This document shows positions 35,299 to 45,200 of a stretch of 60,491 bases of DNA, piece after piece. A model generated the notes under the pieces. That model worked only from the letters and a program-made list of their open reading frames with translations, was not told the origin of the DNA and made no database searches. Within the stretch, counting starts at the first letter, position 1. The number at the start of each line of letters is the position of its first letter. This DNA comes from Candidatus Delongbacteria bacterium (lineage in GTDB: Bacteria > UBA4055), in contig QKDR01000029.1 in the NCBI GenBank assembly GCA_003252515.1, forward strand, positions 1-60,491. The letters run 5' to 3'. The position numbers and the translations under genes are program-made.

Positions 35299-36330
35299 TT
35301 ACTTGGCAAGCGTACCTTCAAGAGGAAGATCCACTATTGCCGTCGCATCCCACTTGTGTCCGGTAAGATCGTCATAGATCATCGCGTTAGCACCGTTACC
35401 CAGTGACCATGCGTCATATCCAAGCGCGCCAAGATATGCCGTGATCATTGAAGATGTCTGTCCCGTCCAGCAGTAGGTAACTATCGGCAAGTCAGGATTG
35501 AGAAGGCTCAGATCGATAGGGTTGATCCTGTAAGCTCCGTCAATGTTTCCATAAGTAGTTACGTCAGTTGCAGCCCAGTAATTGTTAATGAAATAGTTCG
35601 TATTGTTGTCGAGAACATCAGTCGCTGTTTTCTTATGGAAATTCTGCGTGATCCAGTATGCTCTGTTAGCCACTATTTCAGCATCCGTGTTACCTTCAAG
35701 TGTAACTGCAGGTAATGCATAAGTTGTCACAGGTACTGTAGCGTTGCCCGGTGCGGCTACCCAGTTGGCATGGTTAAGCTGAGCTGTACCGGCAGACCAG
35801 TAATCGAATCTAAGTTCATTAGCATCTGTAAGAGTAGCAGGATCCGGTTCGCCGTTAGGATTAATATCTGTATGCCATCCTGACATTCCCCACATTATTG
35901 AGAAAGCGTCGGAATAACCTGATAATCTGAGCGCTACCACTGCGTGACATGCGGACTGACCGGTATAGCAGACCACCGCAATTGTTTTCCCTCCGCATGC
36001 TGAGGCGTCAGTAATTATAGTTGCGAGGCTGGAATTTACAGCTCCCGGTATATGTCCTTTTTCGAATAAGGCCGCGCTTCTTATGTCCATTATATAATAG
36101 TCATTTGAAGCATCTGCATCCGTCATTACATCATTGACCGCTGCTGCTGTTTTGATCCAGTTTGTCAGCATGTCGTCTATGCCCATACCTTTGTTATCAA
36201 GATAATTAACAAGGTCCTGAGTCGAGTTGATCGTTACTTCAACGCTGTCGTCATCGTCTGAGCAGCTGATGATGAACATACTTGAGAATAGTACCAGCAC
36301 AATAGCCAGTAATGTGAATCTTTTTTGCAT
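35299..36330 (-). CDS. rhodanese-domain lipoprotein (two rhodanese-like domains)
   Basis: Lipobox FIISCSDDDD. Active-site-like loops VVCYTGQSACH and VTYCWTGQTSS. Confidence 0.7.
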   Translation of the reverse strand: MQKRFTLLAIVLVLFSSMFIISCSDDDDSVEVTINSTQDLVNYLDNKGMGIDDMLTNWIKTAAAVNDVMTDADASNDYYIMDIRSAALFEKGHIPGAVNSSLATIITDASACGGKTIAVVCYTGQSACHAVVALRLSGYSDAFSIMWGMSGWHTDINPNGEPDPATLTDANELRFDYWSAGTAQLNHANWVAAPGNATVPVTTYALPAVTLEGNTDAEIVANRAYWITQNFHKKTATDVLDNNTNYFINNYWAATDVTTYGNIDGAYRINPIDLSLLNPDLPIVTYCWTGQTSSMITAYLGALGYDAWSLGNGANAMIYDDLTGHKWDATAIVDLPLEGTLAK

Positions 36331-36408
36331 TTTGTCCTCCCGGATTTTTTTTCTACCACCTTATTATTACGATCTTAATTTAAGTGAACTCACTTGTTTC
36401 TACCCGCC

Positions 36409-36960
36409 TCATCCGCCGTCGCTTGTTTCTTCTTCGACGACGTCGGGAAGGCTCGGATCAAGCCACTTGGCATATCCGCCTTTAAGGCTCATTACATTTC
36501 TGTAGCCCATTTTCATAAGAGTCTGGGCTGCCAGAGCAGATCTGCCTCCTGATTTACAGTAAACAACTATTTCCTCATCTGTTCCCGGCATTTCGACGAA
36601 CAGATCATTGTCCCAGTACTTTTTGTTCCCGATATTGAACTCAATCATACCTCTTGGAATGTTTACCGTAAACGCATCAGGGTAAGGATACTCTCCGCTT
36701 TCCTCATCTTCCTGATTGATGAACCCTTCTTCGTATTCGGAAGGTTCCCTTACATCGATTACGACTCTTACTTCTTTGTTGTCCAGTTTCGATTTAAAAT
36801 CATCGTAACTGATCTCCGTGATATCTTTCTTCGCTTCACTTACCATTGCTTTGGAATTATCGAAAATCCCGTTCTCGCTGAAACCCTTTCCGCATGATAC
36901 GAGCAGAAGAAGGACAACTGTCAGAGCTGAAAGATATAATATCCGTCTGTTCATCATCAT
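36409..36960 (-). CDS. single-domain rhodanese lipoprotein
   Basis: Lipobox LLLVSCGKG. Canonical active-site loop VVYCKSGGRSALAA. Confidence 0.8.
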   Translation of the reverse strand: MMMNRRILYLSALTVVLLLLVSCGKGFSENGIFDNSKAMVSEAKKDITEISYDDFKSKLDNKEVRVVIDVREPSEYEEGFINQEDEESGEYPYPDAFTVNIPRGMIEFNIGNKKYWDNDLFVEMPGTDEEIVVYCKSGGRSALAAQTLMKMGYRNVMSLKGGYAKWLDPSLPDVVEEETSDGG

Positions 36961-36966
36961 CTCCTT

Positions 36967-38181
36967 TTAAAATGCGGAAAATTTTCCGGTTTTTTCATTC
37001 CATTTTACAAATATGTACGCAAAAAGCAAAAGCACAAGGATCAGTATTACCGATCCGGTATAACCAAGATAATCCGGCAGGAATACTTTTGTCGCTTCGG
37101 GCAGAAAACTGTCGAAGAAAGGCACAACGAAGTTCCTGGCGATCGGAGCAAATACAACGAATCCGAGTGCGGACAGCCATAGTTTAACATGTCCTTCTCC
37201 GGCTCTCCATAATGTTCCGACAGCACAGCCGCCGGCTATCGTCATACCCAGACCAAAGATGAACCCTCCGATCAGAGCTTTCGCCCAGAAGCTCGCGTAT
37301 ACTGCTTTCATTTCTATAGCCCTTACTGAAGTCTCCGCGGCGTTCCCGACACCAAAATACTTGAGAACGGTATAGCCGGTCAGGATCACAAGTATACTGA
37401 TAATGACCGCAACAGGAGCGGTCGCTTCGCCCGTCATGAACGGCTCGCGGAAAGCTCTAACAATACAGAATCTGGATCTCTGAAGAATGAGTCCGAGAAG
37501 CAGTCCGATTATAATATGCCATCCGAGCACCTTCATTCCCGAAGAACCTTCATAGTTATAGTTTCCGGCGACATAAAGAACCGCGATTATCACAAGCCAG
37601 GCCAGCCATTTCTGCCAAGCTCCGTGTTTGCTGTTGCCCGCCAGAAAAGTGTATGATTTTCCCGTGCTCATAAAAGGAAGGACTTCCATTTCCCAGATTA
37701 TATACTTTAAGGCAATATAAGTACCGATCAGAAACCCTAATGCCAGAAACAGAGCTCCGCCAGACAGAGCAGGCAAAGCCGAGAAGAAACCGCCTGTAGT
37801 ACATCCTACTCCGACCATAGATCCTACAGCCATCAATGCGCCTCCGAGAAAACCTTTGAAAAGTTCACCCTTTGGAGCGATCTTGATCCCGAACTCACCC
37901 GAGAATAGAGATGCCGTCATTGATCCTACCACCACCATAATGTTCAAAATGGCGACAGTATGCATGCTTACAGGTGTCGATGTGCTCATACTTTCCCATC
38001 CGAAAGCTCCGAGGAAGTTCTGCCCGATGTTCAGATAGCCTCCACTTGCCCCCCAGGGATACTTCACAACGAACAGAAGGATGTTCAGAACAGCCAGAAG
38101 TACACCTCCGACCCACATCGGCCAGGATTTTGCGAACAGGCTGTCGTATAGTTCCCTGAGCGTTCCGCCTTTTTTAAACAC
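36967..38181 (-). CDS. YeeE/YedE-family sulfur-compound (thiosulfate-type) transporter
   Basis: 404-aa polytopic protein. It has the three Cys-containing half-helix motifs typical of YeeE: GVGCTTGGFF, SRFCIVRAF and AGGCAVGTLW. A TusA-like gene lies immediately downstream. Confidence 0.8.
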   Translation of the reverse strand: MFKKGGTLRELYDSLFAKSWPMWVGGVLLAVLNILLFVVKYPWGASGGYLNIGQNFLGAFGWESMSTSTPVSMHTVAILNIMVVVGSMTASLFSGEFGIKIAPKGELFKGFLGGALMAVGSMVGVGCTTGGFFSALPALSGGALFLALGFLIGTYIALKYIIWEMEVLPFMSTGKSYTFLAGNSKHGAWQKWLAWLVIIAVLYVAGNYNYEGSSGMKVLGWHIIIGLLLGLILQRSRFCIVRAFREPFMTGEATAPVAVIISILVILTGYTVLKYFGVGNAAETSVRAIEMKAVYASFWAKALIGGFIFGLGMTIAGGCAVGTLWRAGEGHVKLWLSALGFVVFAPIARNFVVPFFDSFLPEATKVFLPDYLGYTGSVILILVLLLFAYIFVKWNEKTGKFSAF

Positions 38182-38192
38182 AGCTTTCTCCC

Positions 38193-38420
38193 TTATTTTT
38201 TCTTGATGTAGAACTTATTCTCGCCCTCACCTTCCTCTATGCTGAGAAATTCGTTCCCGGTTTTATTACACCATGCCGGTACGTCAGCTTTTGATCCCGG
38301 ATCCGTACCTATCAGTTCAAGCACCTGTCCGGGCTGAAGGTCCTTCATCGCCTTAGCAAGCTTGATTATAGGCATAGGGCATGATAATCCCCTGCAGTCC
38401 AATGTTTGATCAGCGTTCAT
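38193..38420 (-). CDS. tusA: TusA-family sulfur carrier protein
   Basis: 75 aa. LDCRGLSCPMPIIKLAK is the CPxP motif. Confidence 0.85.
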   Translation of the reverse strand: MNADQTLDCRGLSCPMPIIKLAKAMKDLQPGQVLELIGTDPGSKADVPAWCNKTGNEFLSIEEGEGENKFYIKKK

Positions 38421-38423
38421 TTT

Positions 38424-38918
38424 TCACTCCTCTTTTTTATTGTTATTAGCCCATTTCCCGTCAAGAATATTTGAAAGAACATCTTTTATTTCTTTCTCTT
38501 CTTTAGAATCAGGATGCAGTTTGTCGTTAATGATCCTGCATCTCAGGCTCTGTAGTTGTTTATCAAGCTCTTTTGCTTTAACATATCTTTCTCTTTCAAC
38601 GAAACCTTCTTTCACAGCCATCTCTCTAAGAATATCCAGCACATCGGAAAATTTCACACCCTGAGGGCAGAGAGCGTAACAGGTATAGCATCTGGAACAC
38701 ATCCAGAGAATATCCGATGATAGAACTTCCTTTTTCATTCCCAGGATACACATTCTGATTATTCTTCTGGGATCGTACTCGTCGTGAACTTCCGCCACCG
38801 GACATGCCGCAGTGCATGTTCCGCATGTGAAACACCTCTGTATGTGCTCCGCTCCGGGATGTGAGGCTATCTCGTTCTTGAAGTTCGCATCCATTTCGCT
38901 TAAGACTATCTTGTTCAT
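38424..38918 (-). CDS. HdrC-like 2x[4Fe-4S] ferredoxin subunit
   Basis: CFTCGTCTAACP and CSRCYTCYALCP motifs with HdrC-like spacing. 164 aa. Confidence 0.65.
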   Translation of the reverse strand: MNKIVLSEMDANFKNEIASHPGAEHIQRCFTCGTCTAACPVAEVHDEYDPRRIIRMCILGMKKEVLSSDILWMCSRCYTCYALCPQGVKFSDVLDILREMAVKEGFVERERYVKAKELDKQLQSLRCRIINDKLHPDSKEEKEIKDVLSNILDGKWANNNKKEE

Positions 38919-38933
38919 CAGAATTCTCCTTTA

Positions 38934-39764
38934 CTAAAAAGCTTCGGGTATATTTTTAAGTTCTTCGAATGAAAATACCGGTCCGTCGATACAGACATAC
39001 TTCGAGCCTATACCGCATCTTCCGCATTTCCCTATTCCGCATTTCATCCTTCTTTCGAGCGAAGTGTATATTTTATCGTCCGCGAATCCGAGTTCCTTAA
39101 GAACGGGCAGCGTGAATTTTATCATGATCGGAGGACCGCAGACAACAGCCCACGAATTCGGATCGGGAGCCACTTCTTTTGTGATGGTCGGAACGAATCC
39201 GCAATGCTTAGTCCATCCTTCTACCGATTTGTCAATGGTCAGGTGCAGAAAAAGGTCATCTCTCTTATCCCATTCCTTAAGCTCGTCCTTGTAAATGAGC
39301 AGATCGGGGTTCCTTGCTCCATAGATCACTGTGATCATACCATAATCCGACCTGTGTTCGAGCATATAAACAAGCATCGATCTCAGGGTCGTGAAAGCAA
39401 AACCTCCGCCGATTATCACTACATCCGCGCCTTTGAATTTCTCGACCGGATACCAGTTCCCGAGAGGACCCCTGATACCTACGATATCTCCCGGCTGAAG
39501 ATAATGGATCTCCTTTGTTACGGATCCGGTCCTGTTGACCGTGAATTTAAGAATGTCTTTTTCTGTAGGAGAAGAAGCTATTCCGAATGGGGATTCTCCC
39601 TTTCCGAGCATCGAGAACTCGCAGAACTGACCCGGCATGTAACTGAATTCGTCCCTGTCTTTCTCGTTCACAAAAGAGAGGTCAAATGTTTTAAGGGTTT
39701 TGTCCGGATTCTCGGCAAGGATTTTCTCGACCTTCATCTGTATAGGTAAGTAACCGTTACACAT
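38934..39764 (-). CDS. FAD/NAD(P)-binding oxidoreductase subunit with C-terminal [2Fe-2S] (FlxA / AsrB / sulfhydrogenase-gamma-like)
   Basis: FNR-like fold motifs (MPGQFCEF, RTGSVT, VVIIGGGFAFT) and the C-terminal motif CGIGKCGRCGIGSKYVCIDGPV. The start is uncertain (39764 or 39737). Confidence 0.7.
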   Translation of the reverse strand: MCNGYLPIQMKVEKILAENPDKTLKTFDLSFVNEKDRDEFSYMPGQFCEFSMLGKGESPFGIASSPTEKDILKFTVNRTGSVTKEIHYLQPGDIVGIRGPLGNWYPVEKFKGADVVIIGGGFAFTTLRSMLVYMLEHRSDYGMITVIYGARNPDLLIYKDELKEWDKRDDLFLHLTIDKSVEGWTKHCGFVPTITKEVAPDPNSWAVVCGPPIMIKFTLPVLKELGFADDKIYTSLERRMKCGIGKCGRCGIGSKYVCIDGPVFSFEELKNIPEAF

Positions 39765-40812
39765 CGGCTTGGACCTTTTCTTTAATTTTATGATCTAAAA
39801 TACCTTTTATAACTTCTCTGATATCGAAATTTACGGGACAAACCACGATGCACCTGCCGCAGCCCGTACAAAGATGGCTTCCGTAATTCTCCATAAAATA
39901 ATTGAATTTATGCATCACTCTCTGTTTCACACGCTGAGTCGAATTTCCGCGTGGATTATGACCTGAAGCCTCCATAGTGAAGATCGGGAACATGCATGAA
40001 TCCCACAGCCTGACCCTTTTTCCCCTGCCGTTCTTACCTTCGTCAGATACGTCGAAGCAGTGACACGTCGGACATATAAAAGCACAGGCGCCGCAGTTGA
40101 CGCATTTAGCGGCCAGTTTCTGCCACACAGGTTCGTTCCAGACTGTTGAAAGCTTTTCGAACAGGTTTGATATGTCGGTTGGTTTGGACATCATTTCTTC
40201 AGCTTTCTTTTTGGCTGTTTCGGCAAGTTCTTCGTCCTTCTTCTCCGCTTCAATCGTTACCGACAGTTTTTCAAGTAATGCTTTACCTTTTTCAGAGACA
40301 CCTTTCAGGATCAGATCCCCGTCAGTCTCAACGACGAACACGTCCGAACCGGTCTCGTCAAAAGGACCGCCGCCGAACCAGTTGCAGAAACAGGTTGACA
40401 GTGGTGCAGTGCATGCGAAGTTGAAGATAACGGAGGTGTCGTACTTTTTCTTCCAGTACGGGTCTTTGTACATATCCTTGTCCGGAGCCTGATGTGCGTT
40501 ACCGAACACCTTATCCAGCATTCTGATGCTCTTCGTGTCGCAGTTCCTCACACCCCAGAGCAGATAAGGTTTCTCTTCGTTATCCGAAATCCGGACCCCG
40601 TTAGTGTCATACTCGAAAAGTACTTCCGATTGGGGAAAGAAAACGTCTTTAGGAGATCTTTCGGATTTTACGGTGCCGGTAGAAATTTCCGCCGGATCGG
40701 TGATCTTTTTAAATTTAGATCTGGACCCGTCTTTTACCGGAGCGAAAACGAGATAATCCTTTAAAAATTCTCCGATCAGTCCGTTTATTTTGTCTTTTTT
40801 TACTTTCAGCAT
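39757..40812 (-). CDS. Fe-S subunit (AsrA / sulfhydrogenase-beta / FlxB-like), 2x[4Fe-4S]
   Basis: CVNCGACAFICPTCHCFDV and CTGCGRCIVVCPVNFDI. I prefer the start at 40812 (MLKVKKDK), just after the upstream stop. The ORF track extends to 40851. Confidence 0.65.
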   Translation of the reverse strand: MLKVKKDKINGLIGEFLKDYLVFAPVKDGSRSKFKKITDPAEISTGTVKSERSPKDVFFPQSEVLFEYDTNGVRISDNEEKPYLLWGVRNCDTKSIRMLDKVFGNAHQAPDKDMYKDPYWKKKYDTSVIFNFACTAPLSTCFCNWFGGGPFDETGSDVFVVETDGDLILKGVSEKGKALLEKLSVTIEAEKKDEELAETAKKKAEEMMSKPTDISNLFEKLSTVWNEPVWQKLAAKCVNCGACAFICPTCHCFDVSDEGKNGRGKRVRLWDSCMFPIFTMEASGHNPRGNSTQRVKQRVMHKFNYFMENYGSHLCTGCGRCIVVCPVNFDIREVIKGILDHKIKEKVQADV

Positions 40813-40814
40813 TT

Positions 40815-41780
40815 TCAACTCATTATAAAATCTTGTTTTTCGTGCTCGCAAAAGGTCGCCATTGCAGGTTTCTCATTAATGTCGAGACCTGCAGTATATC
40901 CGAACCTTTCCCTGATCTCCTTCTCGACCTTCTTGTTCATGATCCTCAGGTCGATCTCCACTGGACAGGCAGTAACGCAGGACCCGCAGTCGACGCACCT
41001 CCCGGCTATATGTATATTTCTTATAAGGTGGAAAATTATCGAATCTGTCGTTTCAGGGGTCTTTCCTATCCACTGCGGATTGTTCTGATCCACAAAACAT
41101 TCGTTGCAGTAGCATGACGGGCAAACGTTCCTGCATGCGTAGCAGCGGATGCATTTTGAATATTCCTCAGTAATATATTCCCATCTTTCTTCGGCTGTTT
41201 TCTTTTCGAACTCGTTGACGCTGGAGAATTCTTCCGGTACGTCAACTTCTTTTCTCGGTTCGCCGATGAAAACGTCGTATTCCCTCGCGTCGGGATATCT
41301 GCAGTAGATACAGGAATCTGAAAGGACTTCTTTTTCCGGTACGGATTTCTCGAGATCCCTGCCTTTTATCGTAACTATATTTCCGGAGCTTTTCACGGAA
41401 AATATCTCTTTTCCTTCCGCTGCAGCCCTCAGCTTCTTTTTCTCATACATCCCTTCGCAGTGTACGCCGATTATAAATACGTTTTCTCTCTTGACCTGAT
41501 TCTCAACAGCATAAAGAACGACCGATCTGGCATCACAGCCCTTAACGATCACTCCGACCTTCGCATGATCCTTAGAAAGTTTCCTCTTGTCTTTCGTCAG
41601 ATATGAAGTAAGATTGTTCCTGCATGTATGGTCGAATATCAGTTCCCCGACATCTTCGGGATATTCCATGAACAGAGGCGTGGCGATACCGGGAAGAGTG
41701 CCTTTTTTCCAGCCGATCACGATATCCGCCTTCTTCTCTTCAAGTATCTTCTTAACCGTATCCTTAAGTTCCTGCAGCAT
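40815..41780 (-). CDS. Fe-S protein, member of a local three-member paralog family (FlxC/FrhB-like?)
   Basis: CIRCYACRNVCPSCYCNECF...IFHLIRNIHIAGRCVDCGSCVTACPVEIDL. N-terminal GCDARS motif. Its ATG shares one base with the mvhD stop (TAATG). Confidence 0.6.
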   Translation of the reverse strand: MLQELKDTVKKILEEKKADIVIGWKKGTLPGIATPLFMEYPEDVGELIFDHTCRNNLTSYLTKDKRKLSKDHAKVGVIVKGCDARSVVLYAVENQVKRENVFIIGVHCEGMYEKKKLRAAAEGKEIFSVKSSGNIVTIKGRDLEKSVPEKEVLSDSCIYCRYPDAREYDVFIGEPRKEVDVPEEFSSVNEFEKKTAEERWEYITEEYSKCIRCYACRNVCPSCYCNECFVDQNNPQWIGKTPETTDSIIFHLIRNIHIAGRCVDCGSCVTACPVEIDLRIMNKKVEKEIRERFGYTAGLDINEKPAMATFCEHEKQDFIMS

Positions 41781-42202
41781 TATTTAACTCCTTTTACAAG
41801 TCTTTTGGCCGGTCCGATCTTTTTTATATCTTCCGATATTTTTGCTATAATATTGGCGAATCTTTCGCCTTCTCCTGCGGAAATCCACGAGAACTGAACT
41901 CTCTCCGGTTCAACTCCGACATACTCTAAGAGAGGCTTGATCGCCGCGAATTTTCTTCTTGCTATGAAATTACCTGACAGGTAATGGCAGTCGCCCGGAT
42001 GTCAGCCGGATACGAAAAGCCCATCATAACCGCTCTGAAGCGTCTTTACTATAAAAAGCGGATCGACCCTTCCGGAACATGGTATTCGCACAACTCTTAC
42101 GTTCGGAGGGTACTGCATCCTGGATACACCTGCCAAGTCAGCTCCGGCATAAGAGCACCAGTTGCACAGTAAAGCCAGTATTTTCGGTTCCCAGTTACTC
42201 AT
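41780..42202 (-). CDS. mvhD: MvhD (methyl-viologen-reducing hydrogenase delta / FlxD-like) selenoprotein; UGA at 42004..42002 read as Sec
   Basis: The track ORF 42002..42202 ends ...LFVSG at a TGA. The same frame continues U-HPGDCHYLSGNF...SWISAGEGERF for 73 sense codons to TAA 41782..41780. The TGA sits at the Cys of the conserved G-C-H-x-G-D-C-H-Y motif. Confidence 0.85.
41969..41985 (-). promoter_or_regulatory. SECIS-like hairpin downstream of UGA (mvhD copy 1)
   Basis: In the mRNA: AUUACC-UGUCA-GGUAAU, starting 17 nt after the UGA. Confidence 0.5.
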
Positions 42203-42222
42203 TGAAACTCCGTGTTATCAGT

Positions 42223-45200
42223 TTACTCGTTCATTACATTAATTATATCAAGCGATTCGAATGCGCTGAACATCTGCTCGTTCGTGAATCCTCTCAGATC
42301 CAGCGCACCGCACCTGCATGATGCCACACATGCCCCGCAGCCCTTGCATAGAGCGTCGTTCACTTTTGCGACTTCTTTCTCCTTATTGATCTCGATCGCG
42401 TTGTACGCGCATATCTGTTCGCAGTAACCGCAGGCCGTACAACGGCTTTCGTTCACCTCGCAGATGGTTCCTTCCGCGAGAACGGCTTTTTTGTTCAAAA
42501 ACGTCATCGCCCTGCTCGCCGCCGCTTTGGCCTGAGTGATACTTTCGCTACAATCTTTCGGGCCGTGCGCCAGACCTGCAAGAAAAACGCCGTCCGTCGC
42601 GAAATCCACCGGTCTGAGTTTTGCGTGGGCTTCGAGGAACATACCGTCAGTGTTTAGCGATACTTTAAGCATCTTGGCCAGATCCAAATTCTCTTTCTTG
42701 GCATCAACGGCGGTCGAGAGAACAAGAAGGTCGGCTTTTATTTCAATGTTCCTGTTCACGATCGGGTCGAAGACCGTGACGTTGACCTGAGTATCCGGAT
42801 CCATATCGTTGACAAGAGCCACTTCCGGTTTGTTGTCCGGCGTGTAGTGAACGAACATCGCTCCCTTGCCTCTCAGTTCGGAATAATATTTTTCCCTGAA
42901 ACCGTACGTTCTCACATCCCTGTACACGATGTAGATGTTCGCGTTCGGAAGCATCTTCTTGAGCACACCGGCGTTCTTGACGGCTTTCGTACAGCAAATT
43001 CTGCTGCAGTACATTTTCCCTTCCTCTCTCGATCCTACGCACTGTATCATAACCACGTTCTGAGGTTTTCTACCGCCGGGGAATTTCTTATCCTTCATCA
43101 TCCTTTCAAGCTCGACCTGCGAAATGATCCTTGATGATTCCCCGTAAAGGTATTCTTTCGACTCATGCTCGTCAGCTCCGGTCGCGATGATCACTGCTCC
43201 GTGCTCAACTATAACAGGCTGATCGCTACCTTTTTTCAGAAGTGTGGACTTGAAATTACCGACGTAACCGTCGATCTTTTGTATTTCAGTGCTCATATGA
43301 ATATGAATAAGCCTGTTTTTCCTGAGTTTATCTATTGTATCAGCAAGAAGTTCCTGCGGGTCGTCCTCGAAATTGAAGAAAATATTCCTGAGATTTCCTC
43401 CGAGCTCGTTCTCTTTTTCCACCAGATAGACTTCGTGTCCCGCTTCGGCCAGCGAGATCGCTGCGGTCATTCCGGCAAGTCCTCCGCCGATGACCATTGC
43501 TCTCGGATCGATAGGTATAGGCAGCCTTTTCAAAGGTTTCAGCTCTCTTGCTTTCGCGATACCCATACTTATAAGATCTTTAGATTTAGCTGTAGCGAGT
43601 TCCGGTTCGTTCATATGCGCCCAGGAGCACTGGTCTCTGATGTTGGCCATTTCGAACAGATACGGATTAAGCCCGGCTTCTGAAATTGTTTCCCTGAACA
43701 GAGGTTCGTGAGTTCTGGGAGTACACGCTGCTACGACGATCCTGTTGAGATTATGTTCTTTTATCTTTTCCTTTATTGTGTTCATACAGTCCTGAGAACA
43801 TGCGTATATCAGGTTCCCCGAAAATTCTACGTTAGGCTGAGTTCCGGCATGTTCGGCGACCGCTTTCACATCCACGACCCCGGCGATATTTATACCGCAG
43901 TGGCATACGAAAGCGCCTATCCTGGGTCTGTCTCCGGAAACGTCCATTTCAGGCACAGCTCCTTTTTTGTCTGTCAGGTCCTGACGCTCAAGCCTCAAGA
44001 ACTTGAGAGTTTCGGCTACAGCGCCTGAAGAAGTTGTAACCGACTCGGGGATGTCTTTAGGAGCATTCATAGCTCCGCAGACGTAAATACCTTCACTGGT
44101 AGTGTTCAGAGGAGTATTAGCGTCCGATCTGCAAAACCCGAATTCGTTCAGGTTGAAGTTCAGTTTTTCAGCGAGTTCGGTTATGTTGTTCCTGGGCTGA
44201 AGTCCGATCGAAAGCACGACCATATCGAATTTCTTGTACTGTATTTCTCCGTTCTCGAACACGTATTTCAGAATCAGGTTGCCCTCGTCGTCCTGGGAAA
44301 TGTCCGAAACTTTGGATTTTATGTATTCGACACCATATTTGCTTTTTGATTTTTCATAATATTTATCGAAATCCTTACCGAACGCTCTTATATCCATATA
44401 GAATATCGACGGCTGAAGGTCTTTTATGTGCTCTTTTGCAATAATAGCTTCTTTGATGGCGAACATGCAGCATGCTGAGGAACAGTAATTATGATTTATA
44501 TTCTCGTCCCTGGACCCGACGCACTGAATGAAAGCGAGACTCTTCGGTTCCTTGTGGTCTCCCGGACGTATGACATGACCTCCAAGCGGACCGGAAGCAG
44601 ACAGCATCCTTTCGAACTCAAGTGAAGTGACCACGTTCGGATATCTCTTATATCCGAAATTGCCGAAATGGATCGGGTTGAACGTATCTATCCCGCTCGA
44701 CAGTATTACAGCTCCGACATTAATTTCGTACTGTTTGTCTTTATCATCAAAATCTATCGCGCCTGCCGGACAAACCTTTTCGCATATCCTGCAAACGCCC
44801 TTGTTAAGATAAAGACAGCTTCTTCTGTCGATAGTATATTCTGAAGGGATACTTTGAAGGAAATATCTTGATATCGCTCCTCTTTTCCTGAGCTTCATGT
44901 CGAACTCGTCGTCAATCTTGACCGGACATTTTTCTTCGCAGAGACCGCATGATACGCATTTTTCCTGATTGACATACTTGGCTTTTTCAGTAATTACAGC
45001 CTTGAAATTGCCGGGAACACCGCTTACGGAATCTACGATCGAAGTCGTGTATATTTTTATATTGGGATGTCTGACGCTCTCGCTCATTTTCGGCGCGAGG
45101 ATACACATTGAGCAGTCATTGGTCGGGAAAGTTTTGTCCAGCTGGGGCATTCTTCCACCAATCGAAGGTGATTCTTCGACCAGATGTACCTTAATGCCCA

